64,000 bases of DNA, taken from the NCBI GenBank assembly GCA_047967505.1, contig CM106538.1; one strand, given 5' to 3'. The stretch is from Dipteris shenzhenensis. Taxonomy: Eukaryota. This document shows, piece by piece, positions 60,555 to 64,000 of this stretch; the stretch's first letter is position 1, and the number at the start of each line of letters is the position of its first letter. Both the position numbers and the translations under genes were made by a program. The notes beneath the pieces are model-generated. The model saw only the letters and a program-made list of their open reading frames with translations, was not told the DNA's origin and ran no database searches.

Positions 60555-60630
60555 GCACCAAGAGTCTAGGTACCATATCATGTCAGCCTCCCATGATGGT
60601 TCAGTCAAGTTATGGGACATTAGGAGCAAG
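60555..60630 (+). CDS. WDR12: WDR12 internal exon (last in window)
   Basis: ttacag|G CAC...AGC AAG|gtata; encodes HQESRYHIMSASHDGSVKLWDIRSK. Confidence 0.9.
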
Positions 60631-61085
60631 GTATATGTGCTGGTTCAAACATTGCTATACATTTGATAATCAGTCTTATAAAGTGTTGCAAATAGTTGAG
60701 TTTTTGCAGAGATAGTTACTTCTTTTTCTTTGCTTTAATAAATGATCATGGCACCTGTGATCGTTTCGGTGGTTTAGTGAATCAGCACCTTATATGGTGG
60801 TAGTATCTTTTTATCCTGTTTGACATGGGGGGTGAGGCCGGGGGGTGTTGACTCTTGCACTGCATGTGATCACTGTAGTGTGCAAGCTTATTCAAGATGA
60901 CCATGCATACCTCATTGCACGGATGCACAAGCAACATTGAGAAGATTTAGGATTCTTCAACAGTGAGAATAGATTGAAGGACGAACAAGAATTCAGGGTT
61001 TTGTGGGAGATTCAATGGGAATGCATTTTATGACGAAGGACCCTTGATGGGATTTACATGGGATTTATGACAGATCACATGTCAT

Positions 61086-61240
61086 GAGTCGTTCCAGATT
61101 GCAATATTAGTTGGCCACCTTCAGGGAGTCTAAACTTAGTCACAGTAGAGTTTATGTCATCTGTCAGGAGTCGTTCCAGATTGCACTATTAGTTGGCCAT
61201 CTTCGGGAGGTCTTAACTTAGATGCAGTAGAGTCTAATGT
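61086..61240. repeat. 82-bp-period tandem duplication
   Basis: GAGTCGTTCCAGATTGCAMTATTAGTTGGCCAYCTTC at 61086 and 61168. Confidence 0.8.
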
Positions 61241-61689
61241 TCTAGAGCCGACTATCAGGATTAAAAATTCACATTGTAGCAAGCCGAAACATATATTTGG
61301 TGTTGATTGATTTCCTCTCAGCCAGTACACAATTCATTCAAACATCTTTGATAAAGCTTATTATGATATTTTGGATCAAGCATGCTGAAGAGACACAAGG
61401 GGTATGCTCATGAAGATGGGTTGAAATGAGGGATTGATGCCAAGAGAAGCCAATGCCGCCCAGCTCCTGCGAGCTCCCTCCCCCTTCGTTCCCCGTCTAC
61501 CCCCCCTCGCTTACTGCGCGGCCCTCCCTCTCCCTCCGTCAGCTGCTGCCGCGCAGCCAGCCGCCCCCCTCTCTGCCACGCTCCTCCTCTCCGCCACGCT
61601 CCCTCTCTCTCAGCCTCTGCTCCTCCGCCCGTCGCTCCTCCCCTCTCCTCGCCACGCTCCTTCTCCCCGCTCCGCCTCGTTCCTCTCCA

Positions 61690-62025
61690 CTCCGCTCCGC
61701 TCACCCCACCCCATCCCACCTCGACCCGCTCCGCTCCACTCAGCCCACCCGCTCCGCTCACCTCACCCCTCTCCACTCACCTCACCCCGCTCCGCTCCGC
61801 TCACCTCACCTCACCCCGCCTCGCACCGCTCCGCTCCGCTCACCTCACCTCACCTCACCTCACCTCACCGCTCACCTCACCTCACCTCACCTCACCTCAC
61901 CTCACCTCACCTCACCGCTCCGCTCTGCTCACCTCACCTCACCTCACCTCACCTCACCGCTCCGCTCCGCTCACCTCACCTCACCTCACCGCACCTCACC
62001 CCGCTCCGCTCCGCTCACCTCACCG
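61690..62025 (+). repeat. (CTCAC)n/(CTCCG)n pentamer array
   Basis: Dozens of CTCAC and CTCCG units. Confidence 0.9.
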
Positions 62026-62165
62026 CCCCCTCTCTTTCTCCTCCTATTCCCCCGCCACCCCGTTAGTCCCCACCCACCTTCTTCCCCCCCCCGCTTCCCC
62101 ATACCTCTCCCCTTCCTCTTCTTTTCCCTTCACCCACCTCGGGAGTTCGCAGTTAGTCAAGCGAT

Positions 62166-63134
62166 ATGGCGGCTACGTGCCCGGAACCGGTGGCCCAGAC
62201 GGACCCCCCCCCTCCACCAGCCTATCGCGTTACATTGACAGAGCACCAGGTCTCCTTGGTGAAGCAGGCCGCTACGGACTTCTCCCAGACATCAGTTTAT
62301 GGGAGGGTCATTAGCTACTCCCCTTCACGAGCAGACATCAGGGACTGGTTGCAGTCCACCCTCTATCTCGAGGACAGTCACATTGAGGAGGTTGCACTCA
62401 TGGGACGTGGCATTTTCTGGCTTAAGCTCTCCTCAGCACAGCCTGCGAGCGACATGGTCAGGCGATCCCCTACTTCTATGGGTGGGAAGATCATCCTCAT
62501 GGTCCCTTGGTACAGGGGATTCAGTGTAGCGGACTTCGATGCCCGCTTTCGTATTCCTCGACACCCAGTTACCCTTATCTTCCCAGGTCTCGCAACCGAG
62601 CTTCGCCCGATCATCAAGGACCTGGGGGCGCACTTTGGTTGGCCTATGCAGGACACCTACGTTGATGCGGCGGCAGCCCAAGGGGTGCCACGTGTCAGAG
62701 TGGCAGTCCTTGATCCACAGAGCATCCCCTCGGAGTTCGAGATAGAGACAGACACAGGTGTGGTGACGCAGCGCATTCTGGTCACTGGTCGCCCAAACCA
62801 GTGTCTGAGATGCCATGGCTTCGGGCACCAGGCTCGCTCATGTCCTCGCTTCACGGGTACAGACCCTCAGAAGACCCCCGTTCAGGCAGCTCAGGCAGGC
62901 CCCAAAAAACCTTCCCAGCCACAGCAAGAGCCCCCTCAGATGATCCCTACTCATCAGCAGCCCGGTAAGGGGAAGGAGAAGGGAAAGGAGAAGGTAAGCC
63001 AGCCTCCCCCTCATCCTTCACCCCGCCCTCCCCCCCCTCCCCCCTCCTCCTCGATTCTCCGACCCCTACCCCCTCCAGGATCCCCCCCCGCACCAGTGGT
63101 TTCCGCGCCACTCTCTTCCTCGAGCATGATCTAG
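62166..63134 (+). CDS. L1 ORF1 (DUF4283-like plus CCHC), probably truncated by a premature TAG
   Basis: MGRGIFWLK...PWYRGFS...CLRCHGFGHQARSC; the proline-rich frame continues past the stop. Confidence 0.75.
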   Translation: MAATCPEPVAQTDPPPPPAYRVTLTEHQVSLVKQAATDFSQTSVYGRVISYSPSRADIRDWLQSTLYLEDSHIEEVALMGRGIFWLKLSSAQPASDMVRRSPTSMGGKIILMVPWYRGFSVADFDARFRIPRHPVTLIFPGLATELRPIIKDLGAHFGWPMQDTYVDAAAAQGVPRVRVAVLDPQSIPSEFEIETDTGVVTQRILVTGRPNQCLRCHGFGHQARSCPRFTGTDPQKTPVQAAQAGPKKPSQPQQEPPQMIPTHQQPGKGKEKGKEKVSQPPPHPSPRPPPPPPSSSILRPLPPPGSPPAPVVSAPLSSSSMI

Positions 63135-63964
63135 AAGGAATCCCCCCCTCCACCTGCGCCACCTGCAGCCCCGAAGCCAGCACAGACCTCACCCTCGTCT
63201 ATCCCTCCGGGCCCGACGGCGGGGATAGGCCCTTCCCCACAGGTGGCCAGCACCCCTCCCTCCGGTTCAGACTCCTCATCTTCGTTCCCAAGCCCAAGGG
63301 CTGCTCCTAGAGCTCTTCCATTGGAGTTTTACCGAGCAGGTCCTTGGGACTACTTGGATGCAGCGGGTATTGGCTCCTTTCCCGCATGCCTAGACATCAG
63401 CATCTTCTTCCTCCGCAAGGGAGCGGAGGGTAAGGTGTCCATTCTGGCTCCACACGATGGTCCTAGCTATTCCTTCACTATCTCCAGTGAAGGGAATGAG
63501 CAATGGATGAATGAAAATGTTTGGGAGATGATACGAGACCAGACCCAGGAGCAGGTGCAGGACTAGATTGGTAGCAGAGCAGCGGAGCTTCTTCAACAGC
63601 AGTGGCAGGACGGTGATGTTCGTCTGCGTTGGCGCCACAGCGCCAAACGTTTCCGACTCTTGGTCATTATTAGACCACCGCTGGAGTGGGCCTACGTGGA
63701 AGGGCTTTGCCCCTGGAGGACTTGAGAGGTTGCGAGCTTCTACAACATTTCCTTGGCAGAGGCGTCGAGCTAGTTAGAGAGAGCTTACCACCACGGGACG
63801 AAGGGTCTTTCCCCTCTGCTGAAGGTTTTAGAGGATGGGTCCGATGATCCGACCTCTCCTTCGAAACCTTCACAGAAGCGCCTTCGTCTCCACACAGGAC
63901 ATCCTCCGACCACTTCGACTTCGACCGCAAGCAGACAGCTGTTTGTGGCCCACCTTCCCTCCTC

Positions 63965-64000
63965 ATGAGTTTACGCATTATCTCTTGGAACGTTAACGGG
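63965..64000 (+). CDS. Start of L1 ORF2 endonuclease (partial)
   Basis: ATG AGT TTA CGC ATT ATC TCT TGG AAC GTT AAC GGG = MSLRIISWNVNG. Confidence 0.8.
   Translation, partial: MSLRIISWNVNG

Larger units (their letters stand above)
11526..60630 (+). other. WDR12: WDR12/YTM1 ribosome biogenesis protein gene, span of 11 visible internal exons (gene continues beyond both window ends)
   Basis: Eleven AG/GT-bounded exons total 1,025 nt and splice in one frame. They encode the end of the NLE/UBL domain (PFDFLVDGELLR) followed by WD40 repeats (HNDWVSAV, TGSYD, GHTDAIT, SGSKDRTIRVW, GHNSSVQ, SGSWDCSLKLW, GHTQCVS, SASWDHSIRTWD, AAGGADPVLRIWDPR, SASHDGSVKLWDIR) in the order known for plant WDR12. Confidence 0.93.
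61452..64000 (+). mobile_element. 5' part of an L1-like LINE; continues right of the window
   Basis: Pyrimidine-rich 5' region, ORF1 at 62166, and an ORF2 start MSLRIISWNVNG (APE endonuclease N-terminus) at 63965. Confidence 0.85.

Noticed and set aside
61408-62238. Extensin-like SPHLT-repeat ORFs
   Set aside because: Translations of the CTCAC pentamer array with no signal peptide or gene structure.

Overview
Eukaryotic, land-plant-like DNA; a fern or lycophyte is my guess from the architecture only. The whole window lies inside one + strand gene, WDR12/YTM1 (PeBoW ribosome-biogenesis WD40 protein). Eleven internal coding exons (1,025 nt, splicing in frame) sit in four clusters separated by 13-18 kb introns, and the first and last exons fall outside the window. 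The introns are packed with retroelements: two young sister Ty1/copia copies (1040-7353, 20458-28126), a decayed chromovirus-type Ty3/gypsy with a complex tandem duplication, an intact-ORF copia with three LTRs (30789-36828) nested in a gag-only LTR element, a second TSD-flanked gag-only element (54967-57994), older copia remnants, and L1-like and RTE-like LINE fragments. Two signals stand out. First, dense CCGTAC/GTACGG arrays recur at the 5' ends of unrelated retroelements (copia leaders and a LINE ORF1) and match the SBP/SPL-binding core. Second, an intact ORF1-only (HAL1/HeT-A-like) non-LTR element sits in a (TG)n-punctuated array. All coordinates and counts were read by eye.
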